This document shows, piece by piece, positions 39,301-52,990 of a stretch of DNA of 64,000 nucleotides. Source of the stretch: Camelus dromedarius (lineage: Eukaryota); NCBI RefSeq assembly GCF_036321535.1, contig NC_087436.1, forward strand, positions 96,288,001-96,352,000, given 5' to 3'. The notes under the pieces were generated by a model. It searched no databases, was not told the origin of the DNA, and worked only from the letters and a program-made list of their open reading frames with translations. Numbering within the stretch: position 1 is the stretch's first letter; each line of letters begins with the position of its first letter. The position numbers and the translations under genes are program-made.

Positions 39301-41240
39301 ATAGACATTCCAACAATAGGTGGTAATTTCTATAGTCTGTTGTCAATAACTGATGAAAAAACTAAACAGAAAACCAATAAGGATATAGAACAATACTAAC
39401 AAACAACTTTACCTAACAGACACTTACAACAAATCCACTCCAAGACAGCAAAACACACAATCTTTTCTAATGATCCAATGATAGCTCATATACTAGACCA
39501 TAAACAAGTCTTACAAACTTAACATAACTGAAATCATAACAAGTGTGATCTCTAACTATAATAGAACTGTATTAGAAATCAGTAACAAAGAATTTTGGGA
39601 AAATCCCTAGATAACTGGAAAATGAACAACATGCTTCTAAATAACTCATGCATAAAAGAACAATGCACAAAGGGAAACATAATGTTTTGTACTGAATGAA
39701 ATGAAAACTCATGTGAAAAGTTATGAAGTGCAACTAAAGCAGTGGTTAGAAAGAAATCTTTAAACACCTACAGCAGAAATAAAAGGTCTCAAATTGGTAA
39801 TTTAGGATTCTATCTTAAGAAATTAGAAAAAGATGTAAGAAAGAAGACACACAGATGGCCAACAGACACATTAAAAGATATTCAACATCACTAATCATCA
39901 GGGAAATGCAAATCAAAACCACAATGAAATACCATTTCACATCTGTCAGGATGGCTCTCAAAAAGACAAGAAGTAACTGTTGGCAAGAACATGGAGAAAA
40001 GGGAACATTTGTGCACTGCTGGTGGGAATGTAAATTGGTGCAGTCGCTATGGAAAACACTATGGAGATTCCTTAAAAAAAATTGAACTACCATGTGATAA
40101 GGGAATTCCATGTGATAATTTATGCAAAAACCCCATTAAATCACTAATTAGAAAATACATGTGAACCCCTATGTACACTGCAGCATCATTTACAATAGCC
40201 AAGATATGGAAGCAACCTAAATGGACTATTACTCAGCCTTAAAGAATGAAATCTTGCTATTTGTGACAACCATGGACAGGCCCAGAGGCTATTATGCTAA
40301 GTGAAATAAGTCAGAGAAAGACAAATATTGTATGATTTCATCTGTATGTGGAATCTGAAAAACAAATGAACAAACATAACAAAACAGAAACTGAGATAGA
40401 TTTAGAGAACAAAAAGGTGATTACCAGAGGAGAGGGGGTTTGGGGATGAAGGAAAGAAAGAAATAGGTGAGGGAGATTAAGAGATACAAACTGCAAAATG
40501 AATGAGTCACAGGCATGAAATGTACAGTGTGAGGAATATAGTCAATAACTAATATATTTGTGGTGACATGTTGTAACTAGACTTGCTGTGGTGATCATTC
40601 ATGGCTTAAGACTGAATATTTTCCACCTATGATCAGAAACACTTTTTTTTTTTCAACCGAAGTATAGTCAATTACAATGTGTCAATTTCTGGTGTACAGC
40701 ACAATGTCCTAGTCATGCATATACATACATATATTCATTTTCATATTTTTTTTTCAGAAACACTTTATCATGTCTATTCAACATTTTACTGGAGGTTGTA
40801 GCCAGTGCAGTGAAGAAAAAATTAAAAAGCCATCTAGATTGAAAAGGAAACAAATTTTATTCTCAGATGACAAGATCTTATATGTAGAAAATCCTGAGAA
40901 ATTCAGATGAAAAAATATAATAAGGAATAAATGAGTTCAATAAGGTCACTGAATAAACTATACAAATCAATGGTATTTCTTTACATTCACAACAAACAAT
41001 CCAAAAATGAAGTAGAAAAACTGCATTTATAATAGCATTAAAATAATAAAACGCTGAAAAATAAATTTAACAAAAGCAATTTAAGACATTGTAAACTGTA
41101 AGACTTTGCTGAGAGAGAGAGATCTTCATGGCTGGAAGGCTCAAGATTTTTAGAACAGCAATCCTCACCAACTACAGGCTTGAGATTCTCCAAATTGATC
41201 TACAGTTCCAACATAGTCCCTATCAAAATCCCACCATATT
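36370..41240 (+). mobile_element. Old L1 (5'UTR, ORF1, ORF2 fragments) carrying nested younger L1 3' ends (about 37945-38360 and 39850-40600)
   Basis: ORF1 relics (ATTCAAGAAGTTCAAAGAACCCAAGCAGGATAAA, GCTGACTTCTCATCAGAA) and endonuclease relics at about 38950-39600. ORF 39855..40085 is the L1 ORF2 C-terminus ([51 protein letters not shown]). There are two distinct 3'UTRs with CTAAGTGAAATAAG. Confidence 0.85.
40646..40753 (-). mobile_element. About 108-bp L1 3'-terminal insertion
   Basis: Poly-T followed by GAAGTATAGTCAATTACAATGTGTCAATTTCTGGTGTACAGC. Perfect 13-bp TSD TCAGAAACACTTT at 40633-40645 and 40754-40766. Confidence 0.88.
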
Positions 41241-41359
41241 TTGCAATTATTTTTTCAGTGTCATTATTTAAATGAAGTTTTAAAGTACACCTTGCTCAAT
41301 CTTGCTTGTTATCTGTTCTGTTAAGTACACTGATGGGTATCAAACAGAGAAGAGAGTGG

Positions 41360-41590
41360 AAGGACTGAGTGTGCTTCTGGAACCAAACTCACCATGTCTG
41401 AATCCCAGCTCCTTCACCTGCTAGCTGTGTGATCTCAGGCAAATTACTAAATCTTAAATTTATTTTTTTCATTTGTCACGTGGAATCAAAATTACTAGGA
41501 TCAACCTTTTGAGGTTGTTATGATGAGAAAATGGTCTTTAAACAACACCTGGCATATGGTAAATGCTCAATAAATGCTGCAATTATTCTA
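41360..41590 (+). mobile_element. MIR SINE
   Basis: GAATCCCAGCTCCTTCACCTGCTAGCTGTGTGATCTCAGGCAAATTACTAAATCT...CCTGGCATATGGTAAATGCTCAATAAATG. Confidence 0.8.
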
Positions 41591-41899
41591 TCAAACAATT
41601 TGGGACAAAGACATATTAAAGTATAGTTTATCATTTACAAGAATTTTCAGTTCTAAGAAATTAATTGTAAAGTAGCTACAACAATCATGATCTTGTCCTA
41701 CACTGTATTCATTAAAATGTTTAAATTTTCTAGATATTATTCAAAGTTTTAGGGAAAATCATAGCTAAAATATAGTTTAAGAAATAATCACCAGTTTATC
41801 CAAATATTCTTTAAAGTCTCCAGTAGAAATCCACTCACTGTATTATTGCTACACCTCAGTATGTTTCAGGAAAAAAGAGTCAACTATAAAAAGATAATA

Positions 41900-43360
41900 A
41901 TGCTGGGCTTGTTTTTTGGTAACATGGAGGAAAAGAAGCGTGTACAAATATCACACTAAAAACCACCCAAACATATCATATAAATATTTAAAAATGTATC
42001 TCTTAAAATGTGTCACACAGTTTGAATAACACTAAGCAATGCACAGAAGTCCAAGGCACAGTGAAACACTAATTTTGAAAAATAAAGGATCTCTGAGGCC
42101 AGCTTCTGGTTATTTTCCGCTGAAGACTGGTGACCTCTAGTGTTGATTTTGTCTTCTGTGAGTGCAGGGTAGATTGGAGACAAAGCATAGAACCCCAAAG
42201 TGATGAGTCTAACAGGAAATCCTTGCAAAGGCCATGACCCCAAAGAGCTAGATCTTCAATGCGAGGGCGAATCAGAAGTAAATGATCAGCAAGAAAACTT
42301 GCTGCCACACCATTTGCATTATGCAGAAGAAAAAACCATCTCCTTGACATGTGTAATCATAAGCTTGGCCTCTTGCAGGTTAGCAATGCAAATTTATCTT
42401 GTTTAAAGCCTGAGAAATCAAGCCTATAATTTATTTAAAAACAGTCCTGTTTTGGTAGTGACCCCTGGTGCTTGAGAAACATACTTTCTAAGAAGGCCTC
42501 AATGAATTCCAATAAATTAAAAGTTCTAAAGAATATTAAGAACCCCCCTACCACACACACAAATCAATGAATACACAAGGAAATAAGGCACCATGAGTGA
42601 ACCCGCTGAAACAAAAAAAATAGCTAAATCAGATCCACACAGAACTATCAAATTACCTGGAATACAAGTACTTAAAAGAAATAAAAGTAGGCACTGAATA
42701 AAACAATGGAAACAAGAAACCAAAAAAAAAAAACAAAAAAACCCAATAAAGCAGGCTTAAAATAACCCAGTACTACCTCTAGAAATGAAAAATATTTAAA
42801 TTAAAATTCAGTGGAATAGCTGAATACCTGAAGATTAAGTGAACAGAAAGACACATGTGAATAAATTACCCAGAATGTTGTAGAGAGACAAAGAAACAAA
42901 AAATCCAGGAGGTTAGCAGATATAGATAATATATTAAAATCTAAAAGAATGGATGAGAGCGATCAGAAAGAGGCAGTACCTGAATAAATAATGGCTAAAT
43001 ATTTCCCCAGATTGATTGAAAGATTCCAGTTCTCAGATTTAGGAAGGCCTACAAATTCCAGGCATGATAAATATTAAGAATTCCATACAAATACAGAAAT
43101 TCCAATTCAGAGTGAAAGTGAAGAACACTAAAAACAAGAGAGGATCTTAAAAACAACCAGAGAAAAAAGGACAGATTATCTACAACATAATATTTCCAAC
43201 TGACATGGTACCACCGACAGAAGCCAAAAGACCGTGGAACATTATCTTCACCATGCTGAGAGAAAAATCAACTGTCAGCCTAGAATTAAGTAAGCAACAA
43301 AGTTACATTTCAAAAAAGGGCAAAGGAGGATATTTTTAGAAAAATAAAAAGTGAGTTTCC
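41900..43360 (+). mobile_element. Old L1M/HAL1-like 5' and ORF1 fragments
   Basis: ORF1 relics (TCTAGAAATGAAAAATA, GAATAAATTACCCAGAATG, GAGAGGATCTTAAAAACAACCAGAGAAAAAAGGACAGATTATCTAC). Confidence 0.6.
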
Positions 43361-43384
43361 CATCTTTTTACCTATCAGTTACTT

Positions 43385-45180
43385 TAATTTTTCCAGTTTT
43401 ATTAAGACATAATTGCCATACAACTGTGACCAGGTTTAAGGTGCACAGCATAATGATTTGACTTATACACATCCTGATTATCATGGTAAGTTTAATGAAC
43501 ATCCACCATCTCCTATTTTAGAAACAAAATTAAAGAAATAGAAAAAAAATGTGTGTGTGATGAGAACTCTTAGGATTTACTCTCTTAAATCTCACATATA
43601 AAAATGTTAATTATATTTATCATGTTGTACATTACATCCATAGTACTTATTTAGCTTATAACTGGAAGTTTGTACATTTTGACTGTCATTATCCACTGGC
43701 CCCTTCTGCCTCTGATAACCACAAATCTGATCTCTTTTTCTATAAGTTTGTTCGTTTATTTTTGAAGTATGATGGACCTACAACACTATGTTCGTTCCTG
43801 TTATACAATGTAGTGATTTTTTTCCTATACATTTCAAAATGATCACAAGTCTAGTTAAGACATGTCACCATACAAAGATATTACATAGTTACTGACTATA
43901 TTCCCCACACTGTACATTTCATACCTTTGACTGATTTATTTTGCAACTGGAATTTTGTACCTCTTAATCCCCCTCACCTGTTTCTTTTCTCCCCCCATAC
44001 ACTTCCTCTTTGGCAAATACCCACTTGTGCTCTGTATCTGTATCTCTGTTTCTGTTTTGTTTGTTTCTCAGATGCCACATGTAAGTGGATTCACGCAGTA
44101 TTTGTCTTTTTCTGACTTATTTCACTTAGCATAATAGCCTCTAGGTCCACCCACGTTGTTGCAAATGGCAAGATTTCATTCTTTTTCATGGCTGAGTAAT
44201 ATTTCATTGTATGTGTGGGTGTGTATATTTACATATATACCACATACCACATCATTACCCATTTACCTGTTGATAGGTGGTTGGATTGCTTCCATATCTT
44301 GGCTATTATAAATAATGCTGCAATAAGCACAGGGATGCATGTTTCTTTTCCTAATTAGTGTTTTCATTTCCTTTGGATATATACCCAGGATTGGGATTGC
44401 TGGATCATTAGGTTGTTCTATTTAATTTTTTGAGGAAACTCTATAGTGTTTTCCATAATGGCTCCACCAATTTACATTCCCATCAACAGTGCACAAGGGT
44501 TCCCTTTTCTTCATGTACTTGTCAATACTTGTTATTTGTTGTCTTTTTGATTTGTTGTCTTGATTATAGTCCTTCTAATAGGTCTGAGGCAATAGCTCAT
44601 TGTGGTTTTGATTTGCATTTATTTCCCTGATAATTAGTGATGTTGAACATCTTTTCATGTGCCTGTTTTATGCCTTCTCTAGAAAAATGTCTATTCAGAT
44701 CCTCTTCCCATTTTTAATTGTTTTTTTTTTTTCCTGAGGTTAAGTTGTACTAGTTCTTCGTATGTTTTGGATTTTATCCCCTTATCAGATACATTGTTGG
44801 CAAATATCTTCTCCCATTCAGTGGGTAGCTTTTCATTTTGGTAAGTTTCCTCTGCTCTGCAAAGATTTTTAGTTTGAAGTAGTCCCATTTGTTTATTTTT
44901 GCTTTTGTTTCACTTGTCTGAGGCAACATATACAAAAAACATTATTAAGACCTATGTCAAAGAGCTTACTGTCTATGTTTTCTTCTAGATGCTTTATGGT
45001 CTTACATTTGAGTCTTCTATCTAATTTGAATTTATATTTGTGCATAGTGTGAGAGAGTTTTCCCAACACCATTTATTGAAAAGGCTGCCTTTCCCTGCCT
45101 GTATGTTTTTCCTTCCTTCGTTGTAGATTAATTGCCCATATAAACGTTGGTTCATTTCTGGGCTCTCTATTCTGTGTCTT
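43385..45180 (-). mobile_element. L1 3' portion (ORF2 C-terminus plus long 3'UTR)
   Basis: ORFs 44691..44888 and 45021..45311 contain L1 ORF2 peptides ([40 protein letters not shown]). The antisense 3'UTR includes CTTATTTCACTTAGCATAAT. Confidence 0.9.
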
Positions 45181-45324
45181 ATTTCTTTAGAAGGAAATTC
45201 TAAAAGAGACATTTCAGGTGGAATAAAAATTGTCTCAAATATATAGTGTGAGATGCAAGCAGCACTGGTGTGCAAATAAATTGGTAAATACAAAGCTACG
45301 CCTAAAAACAAATTAGTTACTACG

Positions 45325-45870
45325 TCAAACTAAAAAGCTTCTTCACAGCAAAGGAAATCATCAACGAAAGAAAAAGTGAGAGGATATTTGCAAATCATAT
45401 ATCCAATAAGGGGTTAACATCCAAAATACATAAGGAACTCATACAGCCCAACAACAAACGAACAATCTGATTAAAAATGGGCAGAGGCTCTGAATCAACA
45501 TTTTTCCAAAGAAGACACACAGATGGCCAACAGGCACATGAGAAGATGTTCAACATCACTAGTCACCAGGGAAATGCAAATCAAAACCACAATGAGTTAT
45601 CATCTCACACCTGTCAGACTGGCTTTTATCAAAATGACAAGAAATTACAAGTGTTGGTGAGGATGTGTAGAAAAAAGAATCCTCATGCACTGTTAGTGGG
45701 AGTGTAAATTGGTGCAGCTACTATGGAGAACGAGATTAAAGTTCCTCAAAAAAAAAAATAGAACAGCCACATGACCCAGCAATTCCACTTCTGGGAATAT
45801 TTCCAAAGAAAACAATAGAATGTTGTACGTATGAAACTAATGATGATGTATGTCAATTATACTTTAACAA
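45325..45870 (+). mobile_element. L1 ORF2 3' fragment
   Basis: CAAACTAAAAAGCTTCTTCACAGCAAAGGAAA...GGAAATGCAAATCAAAACCACAATGAG...CATGACCCAGCAATTCCACTTCTGGG. Confidence 0.88.
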
Positions 45871-45974
45871 AACACTAGTTGCATAAAATAATTTTTAATT
45901 TGGGGGATTAAAAAATAGAATTTGAAAAATCTTAGATAAAACTAGCAGGTAAGTCATGAGAATGAAAACTTTAG

Positions 45975-46195
45975 ACTCTAAATTTGAGAGTCTGAGATTT
46001 GCAAATGATAACCACTATATATAAAAATATTTAAAAAACAAATTTCTTCTGTATAGCACAGGGAACTATATTCTTTATAATAACTTTTAATGAAAAATAT
46101 GAAAACTAATATGTATGTATATGCATGACTGGGACATTATGCTGTACACTAGAAACTGACATGCTGTAACTGACCATATTTCAATTAAAAAAAAA
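45975..46195 (+). mobile_element. About 220-bp L1 3'-terminal insertion
   Basis: CTGTATAGCACAGGGAACTATATTC... followed by an A-tail. TSD AAAACTTTAG at 45965-45974 and 46196-46205. Confidence 0.88.
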
Positions 46196-47792
46196 AAAAC
46201 TTTAGTGCCTTATGTTTTCTGGAGAATGATAATGTTTTGAGTGTCCTTATTCTTTGTCCACTCTGCTTGTTAAAATTTCTCAGGTAGCCTTTAAACTAGA
46301 TGTTAATGTTATAACCACCCATTTGTTGAAGAAACTTAAGTACTTCCTTGTGCTTTATTCTAACAAAGTATTTTCTTTTCAGAAATAGTTCATATATATT
46401 ACAAAGCTGTTCATAGTACATGAAGTTACTGCAAAATTGGTAACCAGAGTTTTCAATTTCTTTGTAATCTTGAGGACAAAGTTTTTTAAATTAGAATAAT
46501 TCATCTTTAATTATTCCCTTCCTTTCATGCTAAAGTCTATTTAAAGATCACTCAGTAAGAACTATATGTGGCATCTCAGATCTACTCATTCACATATAAT
46601 TTAATTTCACCCTCCACTAGAATGACTTCATTCACATACAGTTCTCAACAAGGGCTTGCCACATGAAAATTTATCGGCTGCTAAAGGGTTTCTTTCAAAA
46701 TAAAAGATGCACAAGGCACAGCCCTGCCCTCAGCATTCACAATAACTTGGGGCCAGACAGCAGTCAGCTAAGAATGGGATTCAATGATGCACAGCAAGTT
46801 CTGGAATAGGGGGATAAGCAAAATGCTACTGAAGGAGAGAGAGAGGGATGATTAATTGTATCCAATGAGCAGGGAGAGTTTACCAGTGAAGATGACAATT
46901 TAATTAGGACTTGAAATATGGACAAGATTTTCTCAGGTAGAAAAGAGGAAATCTCTTCTAGTAGCATCATGAGCAAAATGAGGAAGTCTTAAAAAAGTGC
47001 ATGTTGTGTTTGAGGAACACTAAGCAGTGCAGTTTGTTGTACAATGAACAGGGGTTGTATTATAACTAGTCTATCAGCTACAAGTCTTTTGAGGTTCCTC
47101 TGTGTGTTGGGAATTTGGGGGGTGTAAGCAATTATTTCTCATAATCAAATGGGAAAGAAAAGACTACATACAGAGGAAGGAACATACAGAACAGCAATTC
47201 ATCATATACGTCAGTCCACAAGAAAAACATTTTCATACAGCATCCAAAATGCAGCTGTTGCTTACTAACGGGGGTCTACCTGCACCTGGCTGACCTGTCT
47301 GTGTAGAGTAATCATCAGTCAGACAGTCCTCCGTTTGTCCAGACTCTACCAGGTACCCAACACTCAGCTAGCTATTGGGAAACTAAAGGAAATACCACAT
47401 GGTCCCCAATGCAAAGGAGCTTGCTTCAGACAGAGTCAAGATTAAGGTACCTGTAGAAAACAGAAAATGATTCCATACTAAATTAAACACATTCTAGACA
47501 GAAGACTAATTTTGAGGCCCAAGTTGGGGAAGATTTGGGGGAAGCTATGACTTGAAAATGAGTAGAAAAGAGAGCTTTCCTGATGGAGGAAAAGACCTGG
47601 AGCTTATTATAGAAAGGGGCAAGGGTCTGTGAACAAAACATCCTAATTGGATAAGGAAACAAGTTACAGTATTGGGATCAAGTTACTGAGAATCTTGAAA
47701 ACAAGGAAGCAGGCAGGGTGATGATGTGATAAATGTGATCTTATGGAATGGTACACAGGGAAACATTCGATACGGAAGACATGACAAAGAAA

Positions 47793-48001
47793 GGATTTGC
47801 AGATACTAACTACTATATATAAAATAGATAAAATAACAAGGTCCTACTGTATAGCACAGGGAACTATATTCAGTATCTTGTAATGGCCTATAATGAAAAA
47901 GAGTATGAAAGGGAATATATATATGTGTAGAAATGAATCATTATGCTGTACACTAGAAATTAACACAACATTGTAAATTGACTATACTTCAATAAAAAAA
48001 A
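47793..48001 (+). mobile_element. About 210-bp L1 3'-terminal insertion
   Basis: GATTTGCAGATACTAACTACTATATATAAAATAGATAA...GACTATACTTCAATAAAAAAA. Possible TSD AAAGAAA at 47786-47792 and 48002-48008. Confidence 0.85.
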
Positions 48002-48980
48002 AAAGAAACTGGAATAGGGAGGCTTGCCTGGAAATAGCTGCAGTAATCCATACACGTGGTAAAGAGAGCTTAGACCTTGATTACAGCAGGAAAATAAAGG
48101 GTGCAAAGAAGAGACATTTAAAAGGAAACTGAGTGACAGATTATATACAGGAGAAAGAGTTGGCAGAATACAGCTGTCAAGAGGAATCCTGGGGTTTAAT
48201 ACCAGCTTGGTTAAACATAAAATGCATGTCCCAGGGTGAGATCCTAAACATTTAAAAACCTCAGAGAATATCCATACTATCTGCCTCATTGAAATTAAAT
48301 CAACATACATAAAGTACTTCTCACGTAGTAACATCTCAGTAAAAGCTGGTTCCACCACCACCACCACCATCACACTGGAGTGATTAAAAACTTTTCTGCC
48401 TGATAAAATAACTATTTTTCTTTTGTAATTGATAGGCATCTTGTAGGGGAATCCTCTGAGACAATATAATGTCCTACTGTTTCTCAACCTTTCACCAACT
48501 ACTTAATCTATCGAAGATCCTTGCCTCAATAAATTATTACCAGTTGGCAAATAACAATTTTCTATTTCCATCATATTTTACATTTATAATTAAATTTCCA
48601 TTGTGAGGAAGAGCTCCCTCCTTTCCCATCCATCTGTACTTTCATGCACCCAGCCACCCACCCATCTCTCTACCCATCTACCTACCTCAGTAGGGATGCT
48701 TACATTATACAAAGGGAGGAAACAGTTGCAAACAAGAAAAAAAAATCAGTCCCTGACTATCACCAAAGTGGGAGTAGATCTGGCTCTCACACATAGGTGA
48801 TGGTGTTCTCTTGCTCAATGTAAATCATTTCTTACAACACCAATATGAGACACTCTGTGACTGTGCTGGAATGAAGCCAAAACAGAACCACCCTTCTTAG
48901 CTGCTCCTTATGGATAATCAGCACAAAATGAGTTCTACAGAGCAGAAAATGAGTACCTGGGGCTTGAGGGTGTAAGGCTT

Positions 48981-49639
48981 ATTTTTATATTTTCTTAAAA
49001 TTTTTATTTTTATTTTTTTCTAATTGAAGTATAGTCAATTTACAATGTTGGGTTAGTTTCTGGTGTACAACATAGTGATTCATTTATACATATATATATT
49101 CCTTTTCCTGTTCTTTTTCATTATAGGCTATTACAAGTTATTGCATATAGTTCCCTGCACTATACAATAAGATCTTGCTATTTATCTACTTTGTATATAG
49201 TAGTTAGTATCTGCGAATCCCAAATTCCCATTTTATTCCTCCACCTCCTTTTCTCACCTGGTAACCGTAAGTTTGTTTTCTATGCCTGTGAGTCTGTTTC
49301 TGTTTTGTAAGTAAGTTCATTTGTGTCATTTTTAAAAGATTCCACATATAAGTAATATCATATTTTTCTTTCTCTTTATGGCTTACTTAGTATGATAATC
49401 TTTAGGTCCATCCATATTGCTGCAAATGGCATTATTTTATTCTTTTTTTAACAGCTGAGTAGTATTCCATTGTGTATATACACCACATCTTCTTTATCTA
49501 ATCATCTGTTGTAAATAGTGCTGTTATGAATGCTGGGGTGCATGTGTCTTTTCAAAATAGAGTTTCCTCCAGATACATGTCCAGGAGTGGGATTGCCTGA
49601 TCATAGGGTAAGTCTATTTCTAGTTTTTTAAGAAATGGG
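48981..49639 (-). mobile_element. 5'-truncated L1 (3'UTR plus end of ORF2)
   Basis: T-rich tail, then ATTGAAGTATAGTCAATTTACAATGTTG...GTTCCCTGCACTATAC...CAGGAGTGGGATTGC. Possible TSD AGGCTT at 48975-48980 and 49640-49645. Confidence 0.88.
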
Positions 49640-52600
49640 AGGCTTTTTTTTTTTTTTAAAGCAGAGTCCTGAGAATTCTATACTAGATAGTGGTCTTTGG
49701 TACCAAGGATTTCTCTGAAATAGCCTAGCATCAACTGCTTATTAGTGGTATACTAAAGTTAAAACTGTCAAGAGCATAATACTCATTCCCAAACTGTTGT
49801 ATCTGTACTCTTTCACTGGTGTGTGGAAGCCATGGGAATAGTAGATTGTACATTACACCAACAAAACCGGAAGCTCTCACACCTATCTTACTGCATCAGC
49901 TCTGAGGTTGCCCTCCCATTACTTTCCCTCACCTGCCGATGCAGAAAACCTTCCCTCCGTGGGGGTGTGGGGGGGAGGAGAGACCTCCTGTGACCTGTGG
50001 AACACTCTTGACTTGCCTTCTGACATTTACTGATAACCCTTTCACTGTGCTTTTGATTAGTTTCAAATGTTCATGGACACGCCTCCTTTGGTTTTCTGGT
50101 GTCAGAATCATCTTGTTTTCTTTTAAATGCAGTGTCCCAGCCTTAACATTTGTCAAGTACTAACCGATAACACATGGTCTGCAAGAACTGGTAGGAACAA
50201 CAATAAATGAAGGTTTCTTCCACGTTAATAAGAAAGCACTTTAAATCCTTAACACCATTAATAAAAGCAAATATTCATTTTTCATATAAATTTCTCTTAC
50301 TACACGCTATCAACACAATCCTCCAAATAAACATACAATCCACCATCTGGTTATAAAATAAACTAAATGTACAAACGTATAAGAGACATGCACTTTAAAG
50401 AGAGTTAATATAAGGTACGATACACAGCTAGAGAGGAAGGTAATTAATCCATTTGGGCAACATATGAAATATGAAAGTGACACACATTTGTATGTCATAT
50501 TTGATGTTCATTAACAATTGGCAGATTGGAAGATTATATTTAAGTTGACATTTTTATTTCAAAAAAGATTCCTCATAAAGACATCAAACAGATATCAAAA
50601 GGGTTCCCATAATGACCGCTTTTAGGGACAAACATGGATTTGCTAGATACTGATAATGAATTAAGTTATCAGCAAATATTCATTGCACCCTTCTCATGTG
50701 CAAAGCACCATCCTCAAGGTATGGAAGATAAGAGAAACCTGCCCCATCCCCGCCGTTATGTGGTGTAATAGCTAACACGCAGACAGACACTGATACAAAT
50801 ACCTCTAAATCAAAAGCATGTGGTGTTTAAAAGTTAAAAATAATATGTTTTTATGGTTTCAGAGGGAGAGAGATTGATTTTGACTGATTCCACGTGGAAG
50901 TTGAGGAAAAAATATTGACTTGTTCAAACAAACCCGTTTTGTTGGAAGTGTCAGTGCTCACTTTAGCCCCCATGCTAGCCTACTGATGACTCATTGGATA
51001 CTGACCAGTATCAACTGATCATTTGAAAAAACATTTTCAGAAATAGACTTAATCTGTGTTTAACAGGCATTGACAGTTTAGAGAACGCAGTTTGGATCTT
51101 CGTGTTTGACAGGAAACCTCAGTGTCTTAATACCAGTTTGGATAGGAGTTGGGGGCAGGAGGTGAAATATCACTGGCCCCAGTTCTCTGCATGGATCTTT
51201 GCAGCATCTGAGAATTTGCACCAACAATGCATTTTCTCAAGGAACCCACCGCATGGGTGGGCCTGAGGGGAGAATACATGTGATAACTTCTCCTTTGAAA
51301 TATTTCAGAATCATTAAGTCTGGTCTTTACAAAAATACATATACATAAACACATATACACATATTTTAAACCTAATGCTGTGTGATCCTGTTAAGATAAT
51401 TAACCCAAACTGATCTTCAGTCAGAGGTGCTTCAGTGTCTAAGGAGTCAGCAGCTCATATTCAGTTTTCCCATTTTTTCAAGAAATGACAATTCCAGCAA
51501 AGAGTTTGACGTGTTACCTATACCAAAGGTATATGATAGATGGTACCTTAATTTTAATGTTATGAGATACGTTTAAATATCTCGATCATTAAGTATTTAT
51601 GGATGTGTTCATCTGGTCTCATCATTAATATATTTTCTCAAACATTAATACAGTTTCACACAGAAAAAACAGCAAAACAAAGTTTTAGTAGTGTTATCCC
51701 TCACTCTAATGCATTTATCAATAATATAATTATCAGTGTGAAATTCTAAATACTACCCATAGCTAAAGGTTGTAAAAGTTTCCTTTTAATCCTTTAAAGG
51801 ATGTTTTTACTTTACTTTTCCCAAAGTATCCATGTTGAATGTTGTAAAAATACTTTAAGCATTTGCTTTCAAATGAAATATTCAACAATTACTGCCTTCA
51901 TGGAACATTTTCCCTTAAAAAATCCATTATACAAAAAATAAATATCTGCATGGAGCCCACGACACTGATGTAATTAAAATTAAATTTACAAAAAGGTAAT
52001 GGAGCTTTTATCAGCAATAGCATGCAATTCAATGCAGCAGCTGAATCTTTTTTTTTTCCCTATATAATCCTATCTGGGATGAACACAATGTTGCATTTAA
52101 CATAGTTTTAAAAATTTCTCACAGCACTCCTTAGATTGGACTATTAGTTATGCATTTCAATAATTTTATTACAAGGCATTAAATAATGCAAAAAAAATCA
52201 AAATGGTAAGACGGTGAGAACTCAGCCCACATTTAGTTCTTTTTAAATTGCTGAACTAAGGACCGGGGAAGGCCTGCTCAGGAGTCTGCTCATCCCGGCA
52301 GCGCACGCTGGGCTGATCTCAGGCCTTTGGGCAAAGAACCCCTGTGCTCCCTTTCAGATTACCTCTCAGGGTTCCAGAAGTTGACTAAATCAAGACTTTG
52401 TCATATCATTTCTTGACTCTAGGGCTCTTTAACTCTTCTTCTCCCAACTACTTCTTTCTGAAACAACAGTGTAGCCAATTCAAGAGGACACAAACCGAAT
52501 CCAATTTGAATCAATTTATCTGAGGTGTGAAGAATGAAGAAGACAACGAAATCAGCATGTCAAATACTCTTTTCCTGATCAATGTTGCAAGAATCTTCTG

Positions 52601-52990
52601 GATTTATCCCATCTCCTTCTCCAGGCTTCACTTTTTAGCACTTTCCTCCTTGCTCTCTATGCCCTATTTCCATTTTCCAACCAGCCGCATGTTACCTCCT
52701 GCCATTTCCACATGTCTGTAACCGAACTCCCGGGTACCCCCTTGATCCTGGTTTACTCCTGCTTGTCCTTGAGATCAGCTGAAGGCAATGTCTTCCAGGA
52801 AGCCTTTTCTGACCACCTGCATCCTCCCAGAATGGCCCAAGTTCCACCTGCTTGCTAGACACTCCTGTACCACCCTGCACTTCTGATTTGGAATACTCGG
52901 CACACTTAAAGTTACGAAGCCTTGCCTCCAACTCTAAGCTGAAGCCCCTGCGGGCAGGAACCATGTTTGCGTTATTCAGGGCTGTTTCCT

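Noticed and set aside
43385..44100. Apparently doubled L1 3'UTR
   Set aside because: As I recall, this bipartite 3'UTR is a feature of an artiodactyl/laurasiatherian L1 subfamily consensus rather than a local event.
47960..48487. Longest ORF in the track (175 aa)
   Set aside because: It crosses L1 tail, L2-like and MIR-like fragments, with no splice or homology support, so it is a chance ORF.
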